From the NCBI GenBank assembly GCA_027038235.1, contig JALVXV010000116.1, positions 1 to 46,689 of the forward strand: a DNA stretch of 46,689 nucleotides, in the 5' to 3' direction. The notes below the pieces were generated by a model that was not told the DNA's origin, ran no database searches, and was given only the letters and a program-made list of their open reading frames with translations. Shown here piece after piece: positions 19,150 to 28,886 of the stretch; positions within the stretch are counted from its first letter, which is position 1, and every line of letters starts with the position of its first letter. The translations under genes were made by a program, and so were the position numbers. The DNA is from Campylobacterales bacterium. GTDB lineage: Bacteria; Campylobacterota; Campylobacteria; Campylobacterales; JALSKU01.

Positions 19150-19932
19150 TTAGTTATCTCTATCAAATGGAATCCCTCTTTTTGTATTTATTATAAAATC
19201 ACATAACTTTTTTACTTTATCATTATCTATTTCACTTAGCACCTCTTGAACACTCTCTTTGATAGCCCTATTAGATCTAAATATCTTTTTATATGCTTTA
19301 CGAATCATATCTACATCACCTCTATCAAATCTTCTTCTAAGTCCTACTAAGTTTAAACCTTTTAGCTTTGCTCTATTACCCTCAGCTAAACAGTATGGGG
19401 GAATATCTTGACTAACTGCACTAGCACCCCCTATCATCACACTCTCACCAATTTTTACAAATTGATGAATAGGTGTCAAACCTCCAATAACAGTATAATC
19501 CCCTATCTCTACATGCCCTGCAAGAGTTGCACTATTTGCAAGTATAATGTTATTGCCAAGAACACAATCATGAGCTATATGACAATATGCCATGATGTAG
19601 TTATTATCACCTATAATGGTCTTTTTATCCTGCTTAAGTGTAGGAAGATTTATGGTAGCAAACTCTCTTATGATATTATTTTTACCTATTATAAGCTCCC
19701 CTGTTTCTCCTTTGTATGAGACATCTTGAGGAATATTACCAACAACTGCATAGGAGTGAATTTGTGTATTTTTACCAACAGTTGTCTTTCCTTTTACTTG
19801 GGCACCCTCAAAGACCTTAACACCATCTTGAAGTTCAACTTCGCTCCCAATGAGTGCAAATGCCCCTATCTCTACATTTTTACCTATTTTAGCACCATCT
19901 TCTACAATAGCAAGTTTACTAATATTTGCCAT
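19150..19932 (-). CDS. lpxA: acyl-ACP--UDP-N-acetylglucosamine O-acyltransferase
   Basis: The protein has a left-handed beta-helix hexapeptide repeat pattern. Length is 260 aa. It is adjacent to fabZ. Confidence 0.9.
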   Translation of the reverse strand: MANISKLAIVEDGAKIGKNVEIGAFALIGSEVELQDGVKVFEGAQVKGKTTVGKNTQIHSYAVVGNIPQDVSYKGETGELIIGKNNIIREFATINLPTLKQDKKTIIGDNNYIMAYCHIAHDCVLGNNIILANSATLAGHVEIGDYTVIGGLTPIHQFVKIGESVMIGGASAVSQDIPPYCLAEGNRAKLKGLNLVGLRRRFDRGDVDMIRKAYKKIFRSNRAIKESVQEVLSEIDNDKVKKLCDFIINTKRGIPFDRDN

Positions 19933-20379
19933 CTATTTATCCACTATCATAGCTTTTAATTCTGCTTCACATACAAGCTTATCATCTACATAAGCCTTTC
20001 CATCAAGCACCCAAATAGAGCCTTTATGCTTTATGACACTTAACTTATAAACAAGTCTATCTCCTGGTTTTACAGGAGATCTAAATTTGGCTTTATCAAT
20101 ACTCATAAAATAGACTACTTTATCATTAGTATCATTTTGTTCATTTTCACTCATACTCTCAAATGCCAAAACACCCCCAGCTTGGGCCATGCCTTCAATG
20201 ATCATAACACCAGGATATATAGGATGATCTGGAAAATGTCCTTGAAAAATCTGTTCACCGATAGTAACATTTTTATAAGCCTCTATAGAGTTTGCTTTTT
20301 CTATCTTTATAACTCTATCAACCAATAAAAATGGAAATCTATGGGGAAGAATTTTTTGAATATCCACTACATCAAGCAT
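19933..20379 (-). CDS. fabZ: 3-hydroxyacyl-ACP dehydratase FabZ
   Basis: The [13 protein letters not shown] motif is present. ATG 20379 is preferred over the TTG at 20397 used in the track. Confidence 0.9.
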   Translation of the reverse strand: MLDVVDIQKILPHRFPFLLVDRVIKIEKANSIEAYKNVTIGEQIFQGHFPDHPIYPGVMIIEGMAQAGGVLAFESMSENEQNDTNDKVVYFMSIDKAKFRSPVKPGDRLVYKLSVIKHKGSIWVLDGKAYVDDKLVCEAELKAMIVDK

Positions 20380-20413
20380 AAATTTAGCCTTTGTCAAAAA
20401 TTTGAATATTTTA

Positions 20414-21496
20414 TCAAAAAATTACTAAATTTTCCCTAATACTATCATAGTAGATAGCATCAAGATATAATTCAAAGGCTTTAAAATTGATATCATCTAC
20501 AACAATAATAGGCGATAAAGAGTAAAAATTACCCTCTAAAAAGTTTCTAAACTTTATCTCATCTTCTACCAAAGGGGGATGAAAAATAAGCTCTTTCGTA
20601 TTTTTATATGATAATTTTGTAGCTTTATTAAAGTACTCAATACTTACAAATTTTATACTATCTCTATTGGCATAATAGATACCTCCAATAGCTTTTTCAA
20701 CTCTTAATTTAACCCTTTTTCTTTTCATATATGAGTAAAAGATGGGGTATGATGGTATAACCTTTTTATCAACTTTTAAATAGGATCTCAAAACTCTATA
20801 GTTTAAAAATAGATCTTTTACAATATCATAGTTTTTGCCTACCTCTTCTAATTTGACTCTTTTTTGATAAAGATCTATCCTCTGCTCTATAGAGTTTGGT
20901 TGAATCTGATTTGCAATATTTACAAAAAGTTCATCTGCTACTCTTTTTTGAAACTCTCTTTGCTTTTTCAAAGCATAGATACACCCACAATAGTTTTGAT
21001 GATAAAGTTTATCCTTTTTTGCCAATAAAAATTGCTCATTTGTACCACCATTTTTCCTAAGATCAATACTTACAAACTCTATATTATACTTTTTTGCAAG
21101 TTTTTTTCCTACAGTTGTTAACTGTTCTATAGATTTTTTAGGGCTAGTTAAAAGTGTTGTAGTAACCTTATTGATTCCTAACTCCTTTGCTTTTTTCATG
21201 CTAACTTCTACTCTATTATCAAAGCAAAGAGTACATCTTTTGCCCTTTTCAGGTTCATTTTCATAGCCTCTAACTTTATCAAGCCACCCCTTTATATCAT
21301 ACTCCCCCTCTATAAGCTCAATATCAAGCATTTTACAACTTCTTTTTACATCAAGAAGTCTAAGATAGTATTCGCTATATGGGTGGATATTAGGATCATA
21401 AAAAAAGGCTATAAAGCTCTCTTTGGGATAAAGCTTTTTTAATTTTTGCAAGAAAAAATGGCTATCAACTGAGCAACAGATATGAACTAGCATCAT
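20414..21496 (-). CDS. queH: epoxyqueuosine reductase QueH (DUF208) with about 175-aa C-terminal extension
   Basis: The first roughly 185 aa carry the HICC.., CTLCF and YCGCIY cysteine motifs. The remainder has no motif I recognise. Confidence 0.7.
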   Translation of the reverse strand: MMLVHICCSVDSHFFLQKLKKLYPKESFIAFFYDPNIHPYSEYYLRLLDVKRSCKMLDIELIEGEYDIKGWLDKVRGYENEPEKGKRCTLCFDNRVEVSMKKAKELGINKVTTTLLTSPKKSIEQLTTVGKKLAKKYNIEFVSIDLRKNGGTNEQFLLAKKDKLYHQNYCGCIYALKKQREFQKRVADELFVNIANQIQPNSIEQRIDLYQKRVKLEEVGKNYDIVKDLFLNYRVLRSYLKVDKKVIPSYPIFYSYMKRKRVKLRVEKAIGGIYYANRDSIKFVSIEYFNKATKLSYKNTKELIFHPPLVEDEIKFRNFLEGNFYSLSPIIVVDDINFKAFELYLDAIYYDSIRENLVIF

Positions 21497-21497
21497 T

Positions 21498-21575
21498 GGG
21501 ATTTAGGATTTAGGTTTTTAGGATTGAGACTAGAATAAACCACTTCTAAATCCTCAATCCAAATCCCAAATCCTA
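21498..21575. repeat. class A inverted heptamer arrays (GGGATTTA GGATTTA GGTTTTT AGGATTGAG - loop - CTAAATC CTCAATC CAAATCC CAAATCC TA)
   Basis: Read directly from the sequence. The bcp stop codon forms the last 3 nt of the right arm. The queH ATG is 1 nt from the left arm. Confidence 0.95.
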
Positions 21576-22037
21576 TCTTAGCTCCTCTAATTTCTCTTTG
21601 ACAGCTTGGACATGTCCTTTTACTTTTACTTTATCCCACCTATAAGCGACCTTTCCATTTGGATCTATCAAATATGTAGTTCTAACTACCCCCATATACT
21701 CTCTTCCGCACATCTTCTTAAGTTGCCATACTCCATACTCTTGCAATACTTTTTTATCTTCATCACTTAAAAGTGTAATTTTAAGAGCTTTTTTCTCTAT
21801 AAAGTTTCTATGCTTTTTTGGACTATCAGGACTTATACCAAGTATCACTGCATCTAACTCTTCAAAAGCTGGTAAATTTTGGGTAAAATCACATGCCTCA
21901 GTAGTACATCCAGGGGTATTATCTTTTGGATAAAAGTATAAGACTACCCACTTTCCTTTAAAATCTCTAAGACATATATCAACTTCATCTTGATTTGGCA
22001 GACAAAAATCCTTTGCCATATCTGCTATCTCTATCAT
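21573..22037 (-). CDS. bcp: thiol peroxidase, Bcp/PrxQ type
   Basis: The peroxidatic Cys motif YPKDNTPGCTTEAC is present. Length is 154 aa. Confidence 0.9.
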   Translation of the reverse strand: MIEIADMAKDFCLPNQDEVDICLRDFKGKWVVLYFYPKDNTPGCTTEACDFTQNLPAFEELDAVILGISPDSPKKHRNFIEKKALKITLLSDEDKKVLQEYGVWQLKKMCGREYMGVVRTTYLIDPNGKVAYRWDKVKVKGHVQAVKEKLEELR

Positions 22038-24934
22038 GTTGCCTCCTTAAGATTGTAAAATTTTTTGATAAATGTAATTATATCCTTTTTTGAGAGTGGT
22101 TTTGAGTATAGATATCCTTGTATGATATGACAACCCTCTTTTTTTAGAAACTCCTCTTGCTCCTTTTTCTCTATACCCTCTGCTACTATCTTAAGTCCTA
22201 AGCCTTTGCCTAGTTCGATAATAGTCTTTACTATAGCCTCATCCTCATAACCTCCTGGAATATCTTTGATAAAAGATTTATCTATTTTTATCACATCAAA
22301 TGGTAAATTTTTAATATATGCTAAAGAGGAGTATCCTGTACCAAAATCATCTATAGAGATACTACATCCAATATCTCTTATCTTTTTTAAAAGCTTATAT
22401 GAACTTTTAACATCGTTCATTACAAAGCCCTCTGTTATCTCAAATTCTATCAAATTAGCACTACAGTTATGAGCAGCTAAAGAGTTTTTGATAGTGGTTA
22501 AAATATTACTATCTTTTAACTGCTTATCATCAAGATTGATAGAGATTTTCTCTAATTTAGGGTTTAACAAGAGTATATCATTAGCAAATGACATCACCTT
22601 ATTTATAACTATATCACCTATATCATTTATCAAATTGCACTGAGATGCTATATTGATAAACTCTGTAGGAGATATTATATCTCCATCTTTTTTCCATCTA
22701 ACAAGTGCTTCAAGACCTACTATTTTATGACTGATTATATCTATTTGTGGCTGATAAAATACTACAAATTCATCATTTTGGATAGCTTTTTTTATATCCT
22801 CTTCAAGTATATGCCTTTTGATTATCCTCTTGTACATCTTATCTTTGAAAAAGATATATCTATTTTTTCCTTTCTCTTTAGCCTTATACATTGCAATATC
22901 AGCATTTCTTAAAAGTTCATCACTTGTTGTGCCATCATAAGGATATATAGCTATTCCGATGCTTATAGTTATCTTGATGATATGATCATCTATCAAAAAT
23001 GGGTTTGAAAAGCTATTTTTTAACTTCTCAGATACTTTAACTATACTACTCTCATCATTAAAATCACAAAGCAAAAAGACAAATTCATCTCCTCCAAATC
23101 TAAAAAGATAATCACTCTTTCTAATCTCATCTGTAAGTCTTTTAGAGGCTTTTACTAAAAGTTCATCACCTATATCATGACCATAAAAATCATTAATATC
23201 TTTAAAACCATCAAAATCTAAAAATAAAAGTGCGATCTTCTTATCCTCTCTCTTTGCTTTTAGCATTTCATGAGTAATAATCTCATTAAACATAAATCTA
23301 TTTGGCAAATTGGTAAGTACATCATGCCTAGCTCTATAGATGAGCTTTGCCTCATTATTTTTTAACTCTTTTTCTATCCTCTTTCTTTTGCTTATATCTC
23401 TAAAGACTGTATAATATACTATCTTACTTTCAAAATCAATGGCAGTTACAACCATCTCTATCCAAAATGTTGAACCATCAAGCCTTTTAGAGAGCCACTC
23501 TCCTCTATACACACCATCTTTTTTTGCTTTGGCAAATATATATGCCATTTTTGCCTTTGAGAGAGTACCATCTGGCTGATATTTTGGTGAGAGAGTTAAG
23601 GCACTTTGTCTTAAAAGCTCCCTCTTATTTTTTGCTCCAAACATCTTTATAGATGCTTCATTGCAATCTATAAACTTATCTTTGCTATCAAGAAAAATAC
23701 CATCTTTTGATTTTTCAAAAAGAAGTTGAAAAACCTTTTTTTGATTTATTATCTCATTGTATTGTCTTAATAAATTGCTCTCATAATCATAGATAATTTT
23801 TTTTATTTTTTTTGCAATACCAACCATAACAAAACCAAACACAATAATCATAATCAAAGAGGCAAAAAGTATTATTTTTATATTTTCTTTCAATCTTTCT
23901 TTAACTAAATTATATTTATTTACTGTATCCTCTCTTATATCATCTACATAAAAACCTGCTCCAACGATCCATTTAAATTCAGATATGCTCTTTATATAAG
24001 AGATCTTTCTAGCTGGTTTATGAGTTGATGGATCATAAGATGCAATATAACTTATAAAGAAGCCATCTTTATTAAGCTTTGCTCCACTTATCATCTCCTT
24101 TATAATGTGCCTATGGTTTACAACAAGATTTATCCTATTTTTCCCTATAAGATCCTTTTTGATGTGATTTAGAGTATTGCCTTTAAAATCATATGCAAAG
24201 ATATACCCTTTATTGCCATATCTATAACTTCTAATAATTTGCAAAGCTACCTTTTTTGCCTTTTTTATAATATCCTCTTCATAAAAAGCACTACCTATGT
24301 ATATATTTAAAGGTTTATAAATTCTAAAATAGCCTATCTTCTTCTTCATCTGTGTTTCACCAGGCTTATACCAGTACCAACTCTCAAATGCCTCATCTCT
24401 ATTTTGAAGAATTTTAATAGCCTTTTTAATGATTTTTGTTCCTGTTGCATCCTTTATATTGATAAGATTTTGACCCTCATATTTTGGATTGCTAGGCAAT
24501 AAAACACAGGTACCATCCATAAAAAATATATAAAAATATCCACTTAAGTTATCAAAAAAGCGCATATCTCTAAGTCTATCTTTTATCATATTTACTATGA
24601 GATCTTTACTCTTGTTTTTATTTTGATTATAAATGTCATCTACAATCTTATAGGCAATATTGACAAGATTTTTAACATCTCTTCTTGACTCTTCAATGAG
24701 TATTTTTTTATTTGTCTCTATTTGGGAGGTAAGTTTTAATATTCTATCTTCAATTTCAATTTTTTTACTTTTTAACAACTCTACTTTATACTTGCTGATA
24801 TCTTGTTTGTAAATATTGTTCCATCTATATATCAAAAATGTTGCTACTATTAGTACTATAAAAAATATAGCAATAAGAGGAATAAAGTATATCCATCTTA
24901 TAAGTTTTTCATTATTTTTTTTATCTATATTCAT
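22034..24934 (-). CDS. membrane sensor with Cache-like periplasmic region, PAS, GGDEF and EAL domains
   Basis: Two transmembrane segments flank a roughly 300-aa periplasmic region. A PAS domain follows, then an intact GGDEF (RFGGDEFVF) and an intact EAL (EALVRW ... DDFGTGYSS). Confidence 0.9.
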   Translation of the reverse strand: MNIDKKNNEKLIRWIYFIPLIAIFFIVLIVATFLIYRWNNIYKQDISKYKVELLKSKKIEIEDRILKLTSQIETNKKILIEESRRDVKNLVNIAYKIVDDIYNQNKNKSKDLIVNMIKDRLRDMRFFDNLSGYFYIFFMDGTCVLLPSNPKYEGQNLINIKDATGTKIIKKAIKILQNRDEAFESWYWYKPGETQMKKKIGYFRIYKPLNIYIGSAFYEEDIIKKAKKVALQIIRSYRYGNKGYIFAYDFKGNTLNHIKKDLIGKNRINLVVNHRHIIKEMISGAKLNKDGFFISYIASYDPSTHKPARKISYIKSISEFKWIVGAGFYVDDIREDTVNKYNLVKERLKENIKIILFASLIMIIVFGFVMVGIAKKIKKIIYDYESNLLRQYNEIINQKKVFQLLFEKSKDGIFLDSKDKFIDCNEASIKMFGAKNKRELLRQSALTLSPKYQPDGTLSKAKMAYIFAKAKKDGVYRGEWLSKRLDGSTFWIEMVVTAIDFESKIVYYTVFRDISKRKRIEKELKNNEAKLIYRARHDVLTNLPNRFMFNEIITHEMLKAKREDKKIALLFLDFDGFKDINDFYGHDIGDELLVKASKRLTDEIRKSDYLFRFGGDEFVFLLCDFNDESSIVKVSEKLKNSFSNPFLIDDHIIKITISIGIAIYPYDGTTSDELLRNADIAMYKAKEKGKNRYIFFKDKMYKRIIKRHILEEDIKKAIQNDEFVVFYQPQIDIISHKIVGLEALVRWKKDGDIISPTEFINIASQCNLINDIGDIVINKVMSFANDILLLNPKLEKISINLDDKQLKDSNILTTIKNSLAAHNCSANLIEFEITEGFVMNDVKSSYKLLKKIRDIGCSISIDDFGTGYSSLAYIKNLPFDVIKIDKSFIKDIPGGYEDEAIVKTIIELGKGLGLKIVAEGIEKKEQEEFLKKEGCHIIQGYLYSKPLSKKDIITFIKKFYNLKEAT

Positions 24935-25059
24935 TCACTACTCACTTCTAAAAAGTTCGGCTAATTATACTTAAAAATCTTTAAACCCAAATTTTGTAAT
25001 AAGGTTTTAATATTGAATTGGATATTATAACAATTTATTATTGCAAATGAGGATTTTAT

Positions 25060-25974
25060 ATGGAAAAAGCAAAATATATATGGATGGATAGAGAGCTTAT
25101 CCCTTGGGATAAGGCAAATGTTCATATACTTACTCATACACTCCACTATGGAAATGGGGTATTTGAAGGAACTAGAGCATATCAGACAGAAGATGGATTG
25201 GCGATATTTAGGTTGCAAGATCATACAAAAAGACTTTTAAACTCTGCAAAAATCACCATGATAGAGCCTCCATACACTCAAAAGGAGCTTGAGGATGCTC
25301 AAATTGAACTACTTAGAGCAAATGATTTTAAATCAAATGTTTATTTGAGACCTTTAATTTATCTTGGATATGGAGTGATGGGACTTTATCACATCAATGC
25401 TCCTGTCAATGTAGCTATTGCCGCTTGGGAGTGGGGTAGCTATCTTGGAGATGAGGGGCTTGAAAATGGCATAAGAGTAAAGATAAGCTCTTTTGCAAGA
25501 AACTCAGTCAAATCAACAATGGGTAAAGCAAAAGCAGTAGCAAACTATCTAAACTCTCAAATGGCAAAATTTGAGGCGATTGATTGTGGATATGAAGAGG
25601 CACTTTTATTAGATGATGAGGGATTTATTGCTGAAGGTAGCGGAGAGTGCTTTTTTATAGTTAAAGATGGTGTGCTTATAACTCCACCAAATGATAACTC
25701 ACTTGAATCTATAACCCAAGATACCGTCTTAAAACTTGCACAAGACTTTGATATACCAATTCAAAGAAGAAGAATTACTAGAGATGAAGTTTTTGTAGCA
25801 GATGAGGCCTTTTTTACAGGAACTGCAGCAGAGCTTACACCAGTAAAAGAGGTAGATGCTAGAGTTATAGGCAATGGTAAAAGAGGAGAGATAACAAAAA
25901 AATTACAAGATGCATACTTTGATGTAGTCTATGGAAGAGATGAAAAATATAGATATATGCTAACATATATATAA
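25060..25974 (+). CDS. ilvE: branched-chain amino acid aminotransferase
   Basis: The 304-aa protein has the class IV aminotransferase pattern (..YGNGVFEGTRAY.., EGSGECFF). Confidence 0.9.
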   Translation: MEKAKYIWMDRELIPWDKANVHILTHTLHYGNGVFEGTRAYQTEDGLAIFRLQDHTKRLLNSAKITMIEPPYTQKELEDAQIELLRANDFKSNVYLRPLIYLGYGVMGLYHINAPVNVAIAAWEWGSYLGDEGLENGIRVKISSFARNSVKSTMGKAKAVANYLNSQMAKFEAIDCGYEEALLLDDEGFIAEGSGECFFIVKDGVLITPPNDNSLESITQDTVLKLAQDFDIPIQRRRITRDEVFVADEAFFTGTAAELTPVKEVDARVIGNGKRGEITKKLQDAYFDVVYGRDEKYRYMLTYI

Positions 25975-25994
25975 GCTGAGAGCTGAGAGCTTTA
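25974..25994. repeat. class B heptamer array (AGCTGAG AGCTGAG AGCTTTA)
   Basis: Read directly from the sequence. It starts on the last base of the ilvE TAA stop. Confidence 0.85.
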
Positions 25995-26014
25995 AACAAT
26001 TATAAAGGAAATAG

Positions 26015-27088
26015 ATGCCAGCAGATTTAAATGATTATTTCAATAAAAATAATAAAAAAAGGGGTGATAATAACTCCTCAAATAGTGATTTTGAACCACC
26101 ACAATTTTTTAAGGATTTAGGGAAAAAGGCAGGAGTTTTATATCTTCTTATAATTGTCATAGGGCTTCTTATCATAGCAAAACCATTTGTGGTGATAAAC
26201 TCTGGTGAAGTGGGCATAAAAGCAACTGCAGGAAAATATGACCCAAAGGCTTTATCGCCAGGACTTCATTTTTTTATCCCATTTATTCAAGATGTTTTTG
26301 TAGTAGATACAAGAGTGCGAATCATAAACTATACAAACAATGAAGATCTATCTATCAAGGCTCCAAACTCTGGTATAAAGTATAAAAGTGCTATCTCTGT
26401 TTTGGATGCAAGAGGACTTCCTGTATCTATAGAGTTGACTGTACAATATAAATTAAAAGCTAAGAGTGCACCTCAAACGATAGCAACTTGGGGACTTTCA
26501 TGGGAGGATAAGATAATCAATCCTGTAGTAAGAGATGTTACAAGAAATATAGTGGGAAAATATACCGCTGAAGAGCTACCTGTTAAAAGAAATGAGATTG
26601 CATCTCAAATAACAAGCAATATAAAAGAGAGGATAGATGCCCAGCCTGGTCAACCTGTGGAACTACTTGCTGTTCAACTTAGAAAGATAGTACTTCCTCA
26701 AAAGATAAAAGATCAAATTTTAAGGGTACAAATAGCAAAACAACAAGCCCAACAAGCAAGATATGAGGTAGAAAAGGCAAAACAAATTGCTCAAAAAAAT
26801 GCAGCTTTAGCCCAAGGTGATGCAAATGCTAGGAAGATAAGAGCTAAAGGTCAAGCTGATGCGGTAAAGATAGAGGCTGATGCAAATGCTTATGCCAACA
26901 AAGAGTTAGGTAAGAGTGTTACTCCAAATCTTTTAAGGTTAAGACAGCTTGATGTTCAAGGTAAGTTTAATGAGGCTTTAAAGACAAATAAAGATGCTAA
27001 GATATTTTTAACTCCTGGTGGAGTAGTGCCAAATATCTGGCTAGATAGCAAGGATAAAGAGAGGTCAATATCAGTTGGAAATAGGTAA
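26015..27088 (+). CDS. SPFH/band-7 (prohibitin-like) membrane protein
   Basis: An N-terminal transmembrane segment is followed by an SPFH core and an A/Q/K-rich coiled-coil tail. Confidence 0.8.
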   Translation: MPADLNDYFNKNNKKRGDNNSSNSDFEPPQFFKDLGKKAGVLYLLIIVIGLLIIAKPFVVINSGEVGIKATAGKYDPKALSPGLHFFIPFIQDVFVVDTRVRIINYTNNEDLSIKAPNSGIKYKSAISVLDARGLPVSIELTVQYKLKAKSAPQTIATWGLSWEDKIINPVVRDVTRNIVGKYTAEELPVKRNEIASQITSNIKERIDAQPGQPVELLAVQLRKIVLPQKIKDQILRVQIAKQQAQQARYEVEKAKQIAQKNAALAQGDANARKIRAKGQADAVKIEADANAYANKELGKSVTPNLLRLRQLDVQGKFNEALKTNKDAKIFLTPGGVVPNIWLDSKDKERSISVGNR

Positions 27089-27773
27089 AATAGAAGAGAT
27101 AGCAAGTAGAGTTGACTGGGATAAATCCCCTCTCATCCCTGCTATCGTTCAAGATGCTAAAACAAAGAAGGTTTTGATGTTAGCCTTTATGGATAGAGTT
27201 GCACTAAAGCTTACACTCTCTACTAAGATAGCCCACTACTTTAGCAGAAGTAAACAAAGAATCTGGAAAAAGGGTGAAACAAGCGGCAACATTCAAAAGG
27301 TAGAGGATATCTTTATAGATTGTGATAATGATACTATTTTGCTTTTAGTTGAACAAGTTGGAGGTGTGGCTTGTCATACTGGAAGGGAGAGTTGCTTTTT
27401 TACAAAACTTGAAAGTAGTGAAATTATCTCTAAGATAGATAGGAGTGCTACACAAAATTATAGTCTTATAGATAAATTATATCATACTATACAAGAGAGA
27501 AAAAGTAGCAGTCCTGATAAATCATATACTGCATCTTTGTATAAAAAGGGTGAAAATACAATACTTAAGAAGGTGATTGAAGAGTCTGGAGAGTTTTGTT
27601 TTGCTATAAAAGATAAAGATAGCAGTAGTATCATCTATGAAGCAGCTGATTTAACTTATCATGTGTTAGTTGCTCTAGCTTATAAAAATATTGACCCTGA
27701 GAGAGTTAAAAATGAGCTTAAAAGTAGATTTTCTCAAAGTGGCATAGAAGAGAAGAAGAGTAGAGCAAAGTAG
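27075..27773 (+). CDS. hisIE: bifunctional phosphoribosyl-AMP cyclohydrolase / phosphoribosyl-ATP diphosphatase
   Basis: The HisI part contains GETSGN...DCDNDTILLLVEQVGGVACHTGRESCFF. The HisE part contains SYTASLYKKG...AADLTYHVLVAL. The start is TTG. Confidence 0.9.
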   Translation: MEIGKIEEIASRVDWDKSPLIPAIVQDAKTKKVLMLAFMDRVALKLTLSTKIAHYFSRSKQRIWKKGETSGNIQKVEDIFIDCDNDTILLLVEQVGGVACHTGRESCFFTKLESSEIISKIDRSATQNYSLIDKLYHTIQERKSSSPDKSYTASLYKKGENTILKKVIEESGEFCFAIKDKDSSSIIYEAADLTYHVLVALAYKNIDPERVKNELKSRFSQSGIEEKKSRAK

Positions 27774-27779
27774 GTAGAT

Positions 27780-28295
27780 TTGGAGTTTTTAAGGCTATAC
27801 TTTAAGCATCTTAGCTACTATGATTATATTGGACTTGGTGTAATAGGTATACTCTTTTTACTCCTTTTTATCCTATCTCTTATGCTTTTGTTTAAAAGGC
27901 CTCTTTTAGGATCTATTTTAACTATTTTATCTTTTTTAGTACTACCCTTTGGAGTTTATGGTGTTAAGATGCTTTTAGATAAGAGCATAAGAAAGAGTGC
28001 AATTCAAATTATAAAATTAAAACCATTACACTACTCCAAATCACTCCTTATAGAGGCTAAGATAAAAAATCTTTCAAGGATTGATTTTAAAACATGCTTA
28101 GTTCGTTTAGAAATTGTTAAAAAAAGCAACTTAAAGCTTAAAAATTTTTTATATAGATTAAAACCATTAAAAATCAAGTCGATATATTTAAACAAAACAA
28201 TTAAGAGAGGAAGTGTTTATACTCTTAAAAAGATTTTAGATAACATAGTCTATTTAGAAGATAGTAATATATCAGCAAAGATCAACTGTTACTAA
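27780..28295 (+). CDS. hypothetical two-TM membrane protein (paralog of the next gene; possibly DUF2393-like, unverified)
   Basis: It has two N-terminal transmembrane helices. The conserved blocks LLDKSIRK..IKNLSRIDFKTCLVRLEI and a C-terminal NCY are shared with 28305-28844. Confidence 0.6.
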   Translation: MEFLRLYFKHLSYYDYIGLGVIGILFLLLFILSLMLLFKRPLLGSILTILSFLVLPFGVYGVKMLLDKSIRKSAIQIIKLKPLHYSKSLLIEAKIKNLSRIDFKTCLVRLEIVKKSNLKLKNFLYRLKPLKIKSIYLNKTIKRGSVYTLKKILDNIVYLEDSNISAKINCY

Positions 28296-28304
28296 AGGAT
28301 AAAG

Positions 28305-28844
28305 ATGACCTATTTTACCATACTACATTGGATAACACTATTAATTTTTTTACTACTATTTGTATTACTTGTTATTATCTCAAAAAAAGAGAGCAATCCA
28401 AAAATATTTTGGTCAATGGTTTTCTCCTCTTTTTTAGTAACTAGTATGCTTGCAATTTTCTCTATGTTTGTACTAGATAAATATACAAAAAAGGGTAAAC
28501 TTATCAATATAACTCACAAAAGAGTACTTTTAAATGAGACTATTGTCTTTTTTGGTCAAGTTCAAAATATTGGAAGATTTAAGATAGGCAGATGTAAACT
28601 CGAAGTAAAAATTGCAAATAATGCACTCAATTTAAATAATATAACCGGCAAAACTTTTTATGCTCCTCGCTCTGGTCTTGGTTCACTCTTTACAAATAAA
28701 AAAGAGAGGCCATCTACAGTTGTTGAGGATTTTGTTATAGCAAAAGATTTAAATCCAGGTGAAGTTAGAAACTTTAGTGCAACTATGCCATACCCTCCAT
28801 ATTTTCAAAAAGCAGACATAAGATATAAGCTTTATTGCCATTGA
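28305..28844 (+). CDS. hypothetical two-TM membrane protein (paralog of the previous gene)
   Basis: The blocks VLDKYTKK..VQNIGRFKIGRCKLEVKI and a C-terminal YCH match the previous gene. The stop codon TGA is the first triplet of a class C array. Confidence 0.6.
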   Translation: MTYFTILHWITLLIFLLLFVLLVIISKKESNPKIFWSMVFSSFLVTSMLAIFSMFVLDKYTKKGKLINITHKRVLLNETIVFFGQVQNIGRFKIGRCKLEVKIANNALNLNNITGKTFYAPRSGLGSLFTNKKERPSTVVEDFVIAKDLNPGEVRNFSATMPYPPYFQKADIRYKLYCH

Positions 28845-28862
28845 TTAGTGATTAGTGATTGG
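28842..28862. repeat. class C heptamer array (TGATTAG TGATTAG TGATTGG)
   Basis: Read directly from the sequence. It starts with the TGA stop of the upstream gene. Confidence 0.9.
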
Positions 28863-28886
28863 TAAACTTATCTTAGCCTTAAATCC

